Of a stretch of DNA of 64,000 nt, positions 1 to 11,074 are shown piece after piece. The notes beneath the pieces were generated by a model that did not search any database, was not told where the DNA came from, and worked only from the letters and a program-made list of their open reading frames with translations. A program made the translations under genes and the position numbers. Source of the stretch: Chiloscyllium plagiosum (Eukaryota); the NCBI RefSeq assembly GCF_004010195.1, contig NC_057719.1, positions 93,263,946-93,327,945 of the forward strand, written 5' to 3'. Positions within the stretch are counted from its first letter, which is position 1. Each line of letters begins with the position of its first letter.

Positions 1-1395
1 AGAGCAAGTAATTTCACACCATGTGCAAATTATACAGGATTAGAACGAACAAAGAGGTTATATAAAGCTGAGAATTGAGAATTAGCACCTTCACGATGGA
101 ATATAAAGTAGTGAGAAAATTGCTGGAATTTAAGAAAGATTGTTAAAATCGATTATTCAAGAATTACTGTCGGGGCATTTGCAGAGTCAAGCCACAATCC
201 ATCAGAATCAACATAATTTTGCAAAGGATGAATCGTATTTTCATTATTTGTTCGAGTCTTTGAGAATGTTACAAGCAAGCTGCATAATGGGGATCCTGGA
301 GATCTAAAATCTGGACTTGCAGAATACATTGAATAAGGAATGCACAACAGATTAATCTGCAGAATAAGATCGCATATGCTTAGAAATAATTTATTTGCTT
401 GGCTATAGGATTGGCGAAACAAAGAAATGCAGTGAGATGGAATAAAAGGTTCATTTTCTATTTCCAAAAATGTAACTTTAAGGGGACCATAGGGCTCAGG
501 ACCCAAGCCCCAACTATTAGTGATCAATACTATTACTTATTTGAGTGGTTAGACATGCTATAACCAGTTTCTCAGAAGACACTGACTCAGATGAGAAATT
601 GCAATGAATGGTTAAGTATAAGTTGGGCCATTATTTGGCAGATGAATCCGAAAAATGAAAAGTATGAGACCGTTTTGTTCGGTCTAACAGAAAGGCAACT
701 TATTATCCAAACAGAGAGAAACTACAGAGTGCTTAGGTGCAGAGGGAGCTGGTATTCTTATCCATATCGCAAAATAAAAATCACAGATGCAAGTACATCA
801 GATAATGAGAAAGGCAGCTGCAATTTTGGCATTTATTTCTGAAAAATAGATTATAAATTGAGGGAGGCGTTGCTGCAACAATGCCAAGCATTTGTGAGAT
901 CACAATTGAGTACTGTGTACAGTTGTGCTGTCCTGACTGCAGGACGGATGTCATTACCATGGAGGCAGTTCAGCAGAGCTTTACTACGTAGATTCCAGAG
1001 CTGAGGAACTGGTCTTATGAAGAAAGATTGAGCAGTTCAGGCCTATACGCTCTGAAAAATGAGAGGAGATGACACTGAGGTCTGGAAAATGCTAAAAGTG
1101 ATTGATAATGCATTGGGTATTTCCTCATGTGGGGCAATCTACAACAAGAGATCATAGTTTTATGAAAAGTGGAGTGGAATGTAAACAATGATGAGAAAAC
1201 TTCTCTCAAAGGATTGTGAATCTGTGTAATTCACTGTTCCAGAGTACAATGGATGCTGGGACATTGAATAGCTATAGGCATATGGAGAGCGGGCAGGAAA
1301 GTGGAACGGAGGCTGCGATGACATCAGCAATGACTGCATTCAATGGTGGAGCACGCTCGATGGGCTGAATTGCCGACTGATGCTTCTCGTTCTTA
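1..1395 (+). mobile_element. Decayed CR1-type LINE, RT to 3' tail
   Basis: Disrupted RT and C-terminal motifs (EFFE/VT, YCVQLCCP, LEAVQQSFT, LSSSGLY) ending in a CR1-like tail gggctgaattgcc...gttcttatt. Confidence 0.8.
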
Positions 1396-1419
1396 TTCAG
1401 CCCTTCGACTGTGTTATAC

Positions 1420-1800
1420 ATGAGTGGGGGAGGACTGGTTATCAAACAGGAAGCCGGCACTCTGGATAAATCAGTCTTAATTAATTTAAAAGAATGTGAC
1501 TAGCAGGGTCACACATTGACCAGTGCTAGGTCATCAGCTCTTTAAAATCTATATCAATGATCTAGAGGAGAAGAACAAATGTACTATAAATAAGTTTGCC
1601 AATGAAGTTAAGATAATCAGGAAATTAAATTATCAAGGGAAATTGTAGAATCTGTTAATGGGTGTGGACAGGTTAAGTCAATGGCTAAGAGATTGGCAGT
1701 TGCGATTTAACTTAATATATAACCTATCATTTTCTTCCAGGAAGAACGGCAGGCAGTATGCTACTGAAATACAGATGGATTACAGGACTTAGTGACACCG
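1420..1800 (+). mobile_element. CR1 RT fragment
   Basis: Degenerate YINDL...KFANE (FADD-equivalent) and WQL.FN motifs. Confidence 0.65.
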
Positions 1801-1950
1801 TGTGTACTGGAGGGTTCACTCTGAGCCATTCAGACATGGCAAGTGTTGGTCCATCTCCCTGATGGTCTGCTCCCTGATGATCCCAGCGGACCCATTGCTC
1901 TCATCCACCATATATATATCCTGAGATCTGGGAGATGATACATATGTCAC

Positions 1951-2354
1951 CTAGTCCTGCCTGGAAAGTTCCGGATCATAGAAGCTGAATGAAACTGTGA
2001 CCCTAACAGCAACTGGCAGCACTGTCATCCCCATGGAATGAAGCTGCAGGTCGTGTTGAAGGAGGTGACACCGCTCTGTGACCAGCTTCTTGTTCATTCA
2101 GTGTCCCCGCACACTCTGCCCCTGGGTTAAGTGGAGCTTGGGTAGCTGTTCCTGGAAAACCCGGGGTGGATACAACAGGTCCCTTTCCCCACACTCTCTC
2201 ACTCCGTGGTTTCAGAGTTTCGCCACCCTGCCGTCTACGCTCCATTTGGTGTCCATAACAGCATGCTGTTACTAAAGTCTCCAATGCTCCATCCAAGGTT
2301 GGGTCACCAAATCTTCAGGTCTCCCTGAATTTCTGAGGCATCTCATAGCACAAC
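1951..2354 (-). pseudogene. Decayed Ig V-set exon with joined J-like end
   Basis: Minus translation has FR2-like ERVWGKGP and FR3-like GDDSAASCC, then in frame L*SGTFQAGL followed by a phase-1 donor (g|gtgac at 1950). The paralog at 60176-60219 reads ASVTQ after a clean acceptor. Confidence 0.55.
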
Positions 2355-3026
2355 CTCCAGCAAACCATCCCCAGCCCCTCCACTAATTTTTAATAACAGG
2401 AGTCAGTCAGAAACACCCCCAGCTCCAAATTCGATACCTGGCTTCCTCATGTAATTGAGCGCACGATCAGCTGAATGAGACAAACACAGGCTTGCTGTGA
2501 GCAGGCACAGATCAAGTTTCAATGACACTCCTCAAAGCTGCTGGGACCCCCTGTCCAACATGGAGCACCACATGGGCCAGACCGGGAAGTGAACAGCCCG
2601 TGACACACCATTTCGTTTTTTCTGAGTTTCACAGTGCCAGCTGTTGATACGGTAAGGATCCAAATGGGACCCACAACCGTGATGTATAGGAGAGCAAGAG
2701 CCATGCACTTTGCACATTGTTTCTGAGCTTCATATTTACGTCCCCGGGCATTCAGGGATATGAGCACCAACAGTCAGGTTAAGGTACAGAAAATCGGATA
2801 TTCTTGCTATATTAGGATGATTAATTGCTCAACAAGTTGAATAATTGAATAATCAGTGAAATGTGATTAACTGGAGGAGTCAGACACCAGCGGGTCCAAT
2901 AACAAGAATAAGAACATAAAATAAATGTGCTGACAGATCAGCTGAAGTAGTCAGTTATATCAGATACAAACTCCCCCTCACAGAATCAGACATCAGAATG
3001 CAGATGAGATATCTGTTTGGTATGAA

Positions 3027-3320
3027 GCACTGTGCAGACCAGGCTCGTGTACTGCTCAATATAACCCAGCAATCTGTACAGACTGTGCAGACCCCATCAG
3101 TACACAGGGAGATGTGCAGTGAATAGCAGTGAATAACTCTGTAAACCTGGAGCAGTTATCTTTCCAGCACATAGAACTGTGTCCACCATTCCAGTACATT
3201 GCTCGGTAACACTGTGTTAAATCACTGCCCAGCAAGGGGGAACTTGCAGTCCATGCTGGAAGTGTTAAGATGTGCAGCCCCTATCTATTTACAGCTCCAT
3301 ATCTCCATTGTGCCAGGGGA
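3027..3320 (-). pseudogene. Decayed Ig V-set exon, 5' end cut by CR1, followed by CACAGTG
   Basis: SPGTMEIWSCK*IGAAHLNTSSMDC..LAGQ*F..VL, frameshift, SRFT...SAQSVQIAGLY*AV, then a perfect heptamer CACAGTG with only a weak nonamer (acagatatc). Confidence 0.5.
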
Positions 3321-3324
3321 TTTA

Positions 3325-5565
3325 GAACATCTAGTCAAGATGAAGGAGAAAGTCTCCTTAAGGTTGATGAACAAGGGTCAAAATCGGCTCTAGAGTGTTA
3401 TAAGGTAGCCAGGAATGAACTGAAGAATAGATTCAGGAGAGATAAACATGGGCATGAGAAAGCCTTGGCGGGTAAGATTAAGGTAAAACCTATGACGTTC
3501 TACGTTTACGTGAGGAACAAGAGGATGGCCAGACTGAGAGTAGAGCCCATCATGGATAGTAGAGGGGACTTGCGCCAGGAGTCAGAAGAGGTAGGAAAGG
3601 TCCTTAATGAATACTTTGCTTCAGTATTCACTAATGAGAGGAAATTTGACGTTTCTGTGGACAGCATGAAACAGGCGTATATACTAGAACACAGGATGGG
3701 CTGAAATATTTGAGAATCACACGGATAGATACATTTCCTTGGCCAGACAGGATATGCCCTCGGATACTATAGGAAGCGAGAGAAGATATTGTTGCCAATT
3801 TTGCAATGATCTTTGCATCCTCACTGGCCCCGGGAATCGTGCCAGATGACAGGAGTCTGGCAAAAGCTATTCCCTGGTACAAGAAAGCGTATAGGGAAAA
3901 TCCTGGGAATTATTGGCCAGCCAGTCTTATGCCAGTGATGGACAAAGTATTCAAGACAATTTGAGAGACAGGATTTATGAATACTTGGAAAACTATAGAT
4001 GATTAGAGACAGATAGTATGGCTTTGTGAGGAGCAGGTAATGCCTTATAGGTCTGATTTAATTCTTTAAGGATGTGACAAAACACAATGGTAAAATAGAG
4101 CAGTGGATGTGATGTAATTGGATTTGAGCAAGGCGTTTGATAAAGTTACCCACGGTAAGCTCATTCACAAAGTAAGAGGTATGGCTTTCAGGGAAATCTG
4201 GCTATCTGGATGCAGAATTGGCTATCCCACAGAAGACAGAAGGTGGTGATAGATGGAACGGATGCAGCCTGAAGCTTGCTCACTAGTAGCATTGCACAGG
4301 GATCTGTTCAGGGCCCTCTGATCTTAGTGATTTTTTTATAAGAGAGCTGGATGACGAATTGAAAGTGTGGTTTCATAGGTTTGCCGATGACACGAACTTT
4401 GGTGGAGTTGGTGGTTAATGTGAAAGACTGTTGTGGGTTGCAACAGGAGACTGACAGAACAGAGCTAATGAGTGACAGATCGAGATAAACCTGGAAAAGT
4501 GTAAAGTTATTCACTTTGGAAGGTCACATTTGAATGCAGAGTACACAGTTAATGACAGAATTCTTGGCAGTGCAGTGGAACAACGGGATCTTGGGGTTCA
4601 TGACTATAGATCCTCAAAGTTGCCACCCAGGTTGATGCTGTTGTTTAGAAGGCGCATGATGTGTTGGCTTTCACAGCCGGGGAGCTGAGTTTCAGAGCTT
4701 CGAGGTTATGTTGCAACTCTATAATCCCACTGTTTAACCCACTGTGATGAAGTTGAATGCTGTTCTGCATTGAGAACTTGCAAGCACTTGTCATATGACT
4801 AGCTATCAGTTTCAGAGTATGCTGGGCAATTGAAACTATGTAACATTAAAACAGATACGTTGAGCTTTGGTTGCTCTTATGACAAGTATTTGAATTTAAC
4901 CAATCAAGTTGAAATTATTCCACAGTAGACTAAACCCAATCGTTTTTACATTTATTGTTTTGCCATTATCAAACCAAGGAGATGATTTGATGTTGAGGGA
5001 ATAAGGAGGCGCGCATTTTGACAGTTAAGCAGAGAATAAACTGCCATCGAGAGAGTCTGCCATGCAAAACATTCTCCATGAAAGATACTTTTTTTCAAAT
5101 GCAACACCCTTGCATTTAAAGACAGAACATGACACAGGGAGTTATTCAGTGGAAAGAAGGAGGACACTTTAGACTAAAGCGACTGTTTGGATTTGAATTT
5201 AAGTTGATGTAATTTTAATACAGATTTTTTTTTTAAATTGAAAGAGTATATTGTTAGAGGTGGAGGAAGATAACAATCTGTTCAGTGAAAGGGAGGCTTA
5301 GATTTGTGAATAGCTGTTGTTGGTCAATGTTCACGTTTAGAGTTAAGGAATACATTGATATTATTTTCTATTAAGTAATGGAATTTGCGAGTTCACTGTC
5401 ACTCGTACTTTAACAGATTATGAGCGAGATGAGCTTTTCTGAGTGTTTGGTTTAATTAGCAGAAGGGCTCATTGCCGTGTCATAATACTACATTTGTAAT
5501 ATCGTGTTCTGGTCACCTCATTAAAGGAAAGATATGGAAGCTATAGAGAGGATGCAGAGAATTAT
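3325..5565 (+). mobile_element. CR1 LINE (ORF2) interrupted by a solo LTR
   Basis: ORF 3270-3704 contains LNEYFASVFT; DLSKAFDKV and FADD motifs follow; the LINE resumes at 5488. Confidence 0.88.
4743..5487 (+). mobile_element. Solo LTR (about 745 bp)
   Basis: Starts TGTGATGA and ends TCATAATA (decayed inverted termini); 4-bp TSD ccac (4739-4742) / ctac (5488-5491); cleanly splits a CR1. Orientation tentative. Confidence 0.7.
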
Positions 5566-5589
5566 CTATGGAACAGGAGAAAGATTGAC

Positions 5590-5997
5590 ACAAGTCACAC
5601 AGAGTGAGTGAAATATTGAGAAAGTCACCACGTGAAAAATAAACACTGGCAGATTCCCAATGCAAATGCATCCAAGCAAGGTCGATAGAACGATTTGTAA
5701 GGTGATGCAATGAATTTATTGCACGTTCATTAACTCGAAATCTTTTATAATACACAGTGACAAATTATAAGTGAGAAATGATTGAAAAGTCCTGAAACTG
5801 AGCCAGTAATGGTGGTAATATCTCAGGAACAATATCAAAAGGTATCATACAAAACTGCTCTGTGCTTCCAAAGATGTTGTTTGAAAAACGAAACAGCCAT
5901 GCAATGTGAGAGATTGACAGTGATTGATGTCCTCTGAAAGAATAAAAAAGAACTGACCCTAGTGTAGTGGCATGGGGAGGCTAGCAGAGAGTTGCAT
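5590..5997 (-). pseudogene. Decayed leader plus Ig V-set exon
   Basis: ATG at 5997, 40-nt phase-1 leader-like exon containing a stop, gtcagt...ttctttcag, then in frame QSLTLHGC-x15-*Y (WY). ORF 5513-5755 gives KRF...NRSIDLAWMHLHWESASVYFS (L-x-I-x-x-L-x-x-x-D-x-x-x-Y-x-C spacing). Confidence 0.55.
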
Positions 5998-6117
5998 TGC
6001 GTAAGTATAAACTTAACAGGGACAGACGTCGTAGTGTGGTGGGGTAGGGTGGGGTGAGGTGAGGGGATGATCTCAATTTCAATGGATTTACCCCCCAAAA
6101 CGGCAAGACCTCATCTC

Positions 6118-6222
6118 ACAGAGATACACACAAACATACATAGATACGTTAAACATACAACACATATACATACAGATATGGACACACAAACAAACACCTG
6201 CACACTCCTGCACACAAACACT
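6118..6222. repeat. Degenerate (CA/CATA)n microsatellite
   Basis: acacacaaacatacatagatac... run. Confidence 0.8.
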
Positions 6223-6229
6223 GTAGTTT

Positions 6230-7152
6230 ATTTAAGATAGAGATAAATAAGCTTTTCATGAATAAGGGAATCAATGGTCAGTTGGCGAAGGGAGGAGAAT
6301 GCAGCTGAGAAACATTTCAAATAGCACAGCAGATCCGAAAGGCTAAGTAACCGAAATCTATTCCATTTTCGTATTTTCAGGAGTGAGTCACTTTCAAAGG
6401 TTGAATTTGAATGCAGATGACAGTACTAAAGGTACGATTCTTGGCAGTGTGGAGGAACAAAGGGATCTTGATGTCCACATCTGTAGATTTTTAAAAGTTG
6501 CCAATGCCCTCAAGGTGGTAGGGCTGTTAAGAAGGTGTATGATGTGTTGGCTTTCATTAGCTGGGGGATTGAGTTAAGAGCTGCGAGGATATGCTGCAGT
6601 TCCATAGAGGCCTGATTAGCCTACATTTGGAAAATTGCGTTGAGTTATGTTCGCCCCAATAAAGGAAGGATGTGGAAGATTTAGAGAGGGAGCAGACGGG
6701 AGTAACCAGAATGTTGCCTGTGCTGGAGGGCATGTCCTATGAAGTAAGTTTGAAGGAGCTTTAGCTTTTCTCATTCGAGTAAAGAAGGCTGAAAGGTGAC
6801 TTAGTAGAGGTATGCAAGATGATGAGAGGCATATGTAGAATGGATAAGCAGAGTCTTTTTTCATAGGTCGAAATGGCTATCACGATGTTAACATAATTTT
6901 AAGGTGATTGGAGAAAGGTTTCGGGGAGATGTTTACACAGGTAGTGATAGGTGTATGGAATTCACTGCCAGCAGTGGTAGTAGAATCAGATACATTAGGG
7001 ACATTCAATTAACTCTTGGATAGGCACATAGATTATAGTAAGGTAAAGGGTTTGTAGTTTAGTTTAACCTTAGAGTAGGATAAACAGTCGGCACAACATT
7101 GAGGGATGAAAGGCCTGTACTGTGCTGTACTGTTCTATGTTCTCTGTTCTAA
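6230..7152 (+). mobile_element. CR1 3' fragments with (tgttcta)n tail
   Basis: LGSVEEQRDL motif, C-terminal domain and 3' UTR ending tgtactgttctatgttctctgttcta. Confidence 0.88.
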
Positions 7153-7719
7153 TTTCCTGAAATCTTGTAACGTATTGTATCTGGAATTCCTTTCACTTCA
7201 GTGGAGATTAATCTGGTCAGTATTTGATTGACATATAGTGCAAGAAATGTGAAGGGGAATTGCAAGTGGAAGGGCGTGTAGCTGCAGAAATGAAAATGCA
7301 AGGGAAATAGGAGGGTAAGGAAAGAGTAGGAAGGGGAGGAGGAGGTGGGGGAGAAATTGCATCAGTGGCATGGAAATGCATGCAGTAGAAAAGTGAGATT
7401 GATGGAAAATCAAACATTACTGTTCAGAAAAATTAGGATCCAGTTTCGTTTGAAAATTAAGATAAAACGTTTTACACTTTTTTATTTACAGGATTCTTAT
7501 ACATTCTGTACATTCAATCTGCGTTTCTCTATCTCTATCTACTGTAGACAATACTTTATTTTCTTCCCGAATGCATAATTTCAACATGATGTCACTTATT
7601 AAACAATATGCAGAACAGTGGGTGTTTGTTCTTTTAATTTGCATCCTTTTAAACGCAGACATGAGAACGCGAATTCATTTTCGATATTGAGATTACAATG
7701 CAGAATTTAATTTAATCTT

Positions 7720-8079
7720 TATCCTCATCACTCTTACTCTTTCAAATAAATTTATTGAATGCACCTGTGTTCAACCTGCAGATGGAAAAGTTCTTTCAAC
7801 TCTGACTATTGCAGCGAATGCTGTAAATAATATGCTGCAGGCCCACATAGAATGGAAATGTTACAGTGCACGGTTCCAAAATCTTGTCCAGAATTAACGA
7901 TGTACACGCCTTATGAATAATACATGCAGAGGAGCAGAGTGTAAATGCAGAATTCAGCTCCATGTCCAATTGCTATTTCTGGCTCCCTCATAAAAGACTT
8001 CAACTGCATCAGGCTGTAAATTCACCAAAATAGGGGAAAAAAGAGACTGGGATTCACAGTTCTTCCTCTGCAACACCAT
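7720..8079 (-). pseudogene. Decayed Ig V-set exon with joined J-like end
   Basis: Strong acceptor ttcttcttgttctacag. Phase-1 (D)GVAEEEL*IPVS..YFGEFTA*CS; W-S-*...SAPLHVLFI; SGQDFG; AYYLQHSLQ*SE; CRLNTGAFNKFI*KS. Several frameshifts. Confidence 0.6.
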
Positions 8080-8149
8080 CTGTAGAACAAGAAGAAAATC
8101 AAACTTTGTTTCTGATATTCATAAATGTTGATGATATGATTGTTGGAGA

Positions 8150-8685
8150 TAGCAGGAATTTGTCGGATGATAAGCAATGTTGTGGATGACACAGTGATTA
8201 GCCGGGTGGTTCACAGTGAGGAGAAACGTGTTAGGGTACAGGAGGGTACAAACATATTGTTCTGATGGCCAGATCAATGACCAATAAAATTAACACTGAA
8301 ATATAGGAGACGATGTACTTTGGAATAAGTGACAAGACAGGAGAGAACTCAAACCATGAAGATAGGCTAGCTTTGCTTTTGGAGCAGACAAGTTTGAGGG
8401 GTGAACTTGACAGAGGTACATAACCGCATAAGAGGTATGGACAGAGTGAACAGACAACAGCTGTTCCCCTTTGTCAAAGAGTTAAAAACAAGTGGGCGCA
8501 TAATACTGTGAAAGGTGAAGATATTGAGAGAGGATTTGTGGAATCAGTTTTGAATCAAGAGGATGTTATGTGTCCAGAATGCATTGCCTGAGATAGTGGT
8601 AGAGGAAGGTAACCTTGCAAACTTTATAAAGTCCTTCATCGGCACTGGATGGTGCAGAATCGATGGGCCTTGTTTTTATTACATG
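8150..8685 (+). mobile_element. CR1 fragment (RT to 3' end, internally deleted)
   Basis: ISNVVDDT (FADD-equivalent), LRGELDRG and WNALPE-like motifs. Confidence 0.75.
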
Positions 8686-8704
8686 ATTTCATATGGTGGC
8701 AGGC

Positions 8705-9011
8705 ATGACAGCTCTGTTAGATCCTGAAGCAACACACAATGGAACTTGTTACATCGTTCCATCAATCTCTGGTCAGTGGGGAGATTACAAACCAGCATCA
8801 TTCCATGGAGTATCAGCAATTACTAAACCAAGGACAGCCCAGCCAACTCTGAAAACATCAGGATAATCCAAATGCTCAGTGCAAGAATCATCTAACGACA
8901 GTACCAACATTATTTCAGGTGTTTGATGTCATTATTTTAAGGACTAATAACATAGAAACAGACTTTCCTTCATTATTATAAAGATGTTTTCATTGTAAGG
9001 CTGATATTTCT
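8705..9011 (-). pseudogene. Decayed Ig V-set exon with possible joined J
   Basis: Acceptor tttattattcttcag; EGKSVSM; CWYCR; LVIADTPWNDAGL* (D-A-G-x-Y); later in frame VASGSNRAV. Confidence 0.5.
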
Positions 9012-9704
9012 CTGAAGAATAATAAATTTCTTCTCATACATTCGCAATGACAAGACTCCGTTTCCTGCGTTTTCCTGACAGCTGTTCCTCATAGCATGGC
9101 GGCTTGTTTAACACTCCATCCGACTCCAGTAATATTTAATCGCAGTTAAACTGGCACATGAGATGCACTCCTGGCACACCCTCCCAACAGCCACTTGGAT
9201 GGATCAACACCAATTGGACTGGATCTTCTCAAGGGCAATTAATGTCGATCTAACTCTGCTAAAATACTACACTAATTGGAAATACAACCCAATTTTCTAA
9301 TAATTATTGAAAAATGTAGATATTTTTATTGATCTGATCTGAAGTTGTGTGATCTATTTGTGTGAAACCATTTTATGCATTTTTGGGAAAAATCTCATGT
9401 TACAGATACTACAAAATAGTTGCATCTAAGCGCAAAATACCAGGGAATAGTAGACTATAGACCTTCAGGGAACTGGGTTAATGTAGTTTAGTGTTTTCTG
9501 GCTGGCATAGATGTATTGGGCAGAAGGGTCTGTTTACATGCTGTATAACTCTATCACTTTAATTGTTGAAAACAGAAAATATAGACTCTCTATTTCCATA
9601 GCTTTTGACAATCAAATGGTGAGGAATGCAATCTCCAAGGCACACAGGACTTGAAGCTATATAATTGTACCTTCACTGTCAAACTGTTCAGAACACCGTA
9701 TCAC

Positions 9705-10015
9705 TCTTTGTAACATATCTCTTAGTGTTCCCGTACCAAACGAATCCTTGGGGTTTATCACCATATTCTGAATAGAAACTAGACATAGGCAACAGAATGC
9801 TGGCCTTGTTAATGAAACGAACCTCACAAGAATAACTGAAAGGAATATGTACTATTAAAGACATCCATTCGACCCATACGGATTTCTAAAGTAGTTTCAA
9901 GTCAGACTTTCACTTTGCCCTATGGTCCTGACCTTTCTGCAAACCCATGAAACTTTCCTGAGTTAAGTTTCCAGTGGCATTGAAACGTCACATTTGGAAA
10001 ACTGTGCCCAATAAT
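9705..10015 (-). pseudogene. Decayed VJ-type exon interrupted by a SINE/LINE tail (about 9785-9845)
   Basis: Acceptor tatttcttctttcag; NVTFQC; GRMDVFNSTYS [insertion] SIQNM; intact FGTGT motif at 9726-9740. Confidence 0.45.
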
Positions 10016-10079
10016 CTGAAAGAAGAAATATTCGTGTTCATGAGAATCGTGTCATAACTTTTCTGTATTTAAAGACAAC

Positions 10080-10640
10080 AAAAATGCAGAAACTAGCAGC
10101 AGGAGTAAGTGATCGAAACAGCTTCGTCATGAGATAAGATAGTGGATGATCTGATTGTGGCCTCAGTCACACAATCCCCCTTTGTCCTTACAACGTTAGT
10201 GCGTTTTTCTTAGTCAAGAATCTGCCTGCCTCTGCCTTAGGAATATTCAAAGACTTATCCTCCATCACTCTCTGGGAAGAGAGCTCCACAAAGCCACAAC
10301 ACTGTGAGAGGATTACACTAAATCACTATCTTCTGAGCTGAGATAATCTTCAGTTTTGCAACCCATCCACTCATGGTCATCTCTCACACAAGCTGAAATA
10401 TTGTTTCAGAATTCAACTTTAAAAGACAACTTGGAATATTCTGGGGTTAAACAAGACCACATGTTGTTCGCCTAAACCCCAGCCGATTCTAGGCCAGTCA
10501 GTTTAAGATTTCCTCCTGAAATAAACGGTCCTCACAGGAGTCAGCTGAGTGAATCTTCTCTGTACTGCATTTCATATCATTGTGGCCATAGCTCTTTCGA
10601 TGTGGTTACACCACAACCTTGTAAATCTGTAGAAAATTGT
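10080..10640 (-). mobile_element. CR1 3' fragment
   Basis: Reverse-complement CR1 3' UTR and C-terminal coding region, highly decayed. Confidence 0.65.
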
Positions 10641-10924
10641 CTGTAATTTTAAGTGTACTCTGTTTCAGAAAGTTGCAACAGTTATTTTACCTCCCTAAAA
10701 AATACGATGCACACATAGTTTTTATTTTGTAATCCAGGTGCCTCAAGCAAATCTCTCTATTGAAATAATACAATATGTTTCCATTCAACCCACCAACACC
10801 TTTGAGCACAGGCACATTTAGCCCACTATGCTCCATACACCAATATTTGGCTGTTCACTCGACCCACCTATATCTCTTTATGTACTCATGTCCTCTTCAT
10901 ATCTTCCTTCTCTCACAGTTTCAA

Positions 10925-11065
10925 AAGTTTGTATTCTTCCATAATAAAGACAGCATATTGTGGTCACATTTCAAAGTAATTGACAATGAAATATTTTTAC
11001 TCCATGCCTATACCATCAATTAAGGAAAATGCGAAAGTGTTCTGCAGTCCCATCACTCAGTTCCC
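10925..11065 (-). pseudogene. Possible internally deleted Ig-domain remnant
   Basis: DCRT...WYRHG, then NISLSI and NVTTICCLYYG in adjacent frames. Confidence 0.3.
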
Positions 11066-11074
11066 ATCACTCGA

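Noticed and set aside
7751..8079. Terminal exon encoding an ER-retention-like EEEL* plus AATAAA
   Set aside because: No upstream exons were found and V-set motifs continue past the stop.
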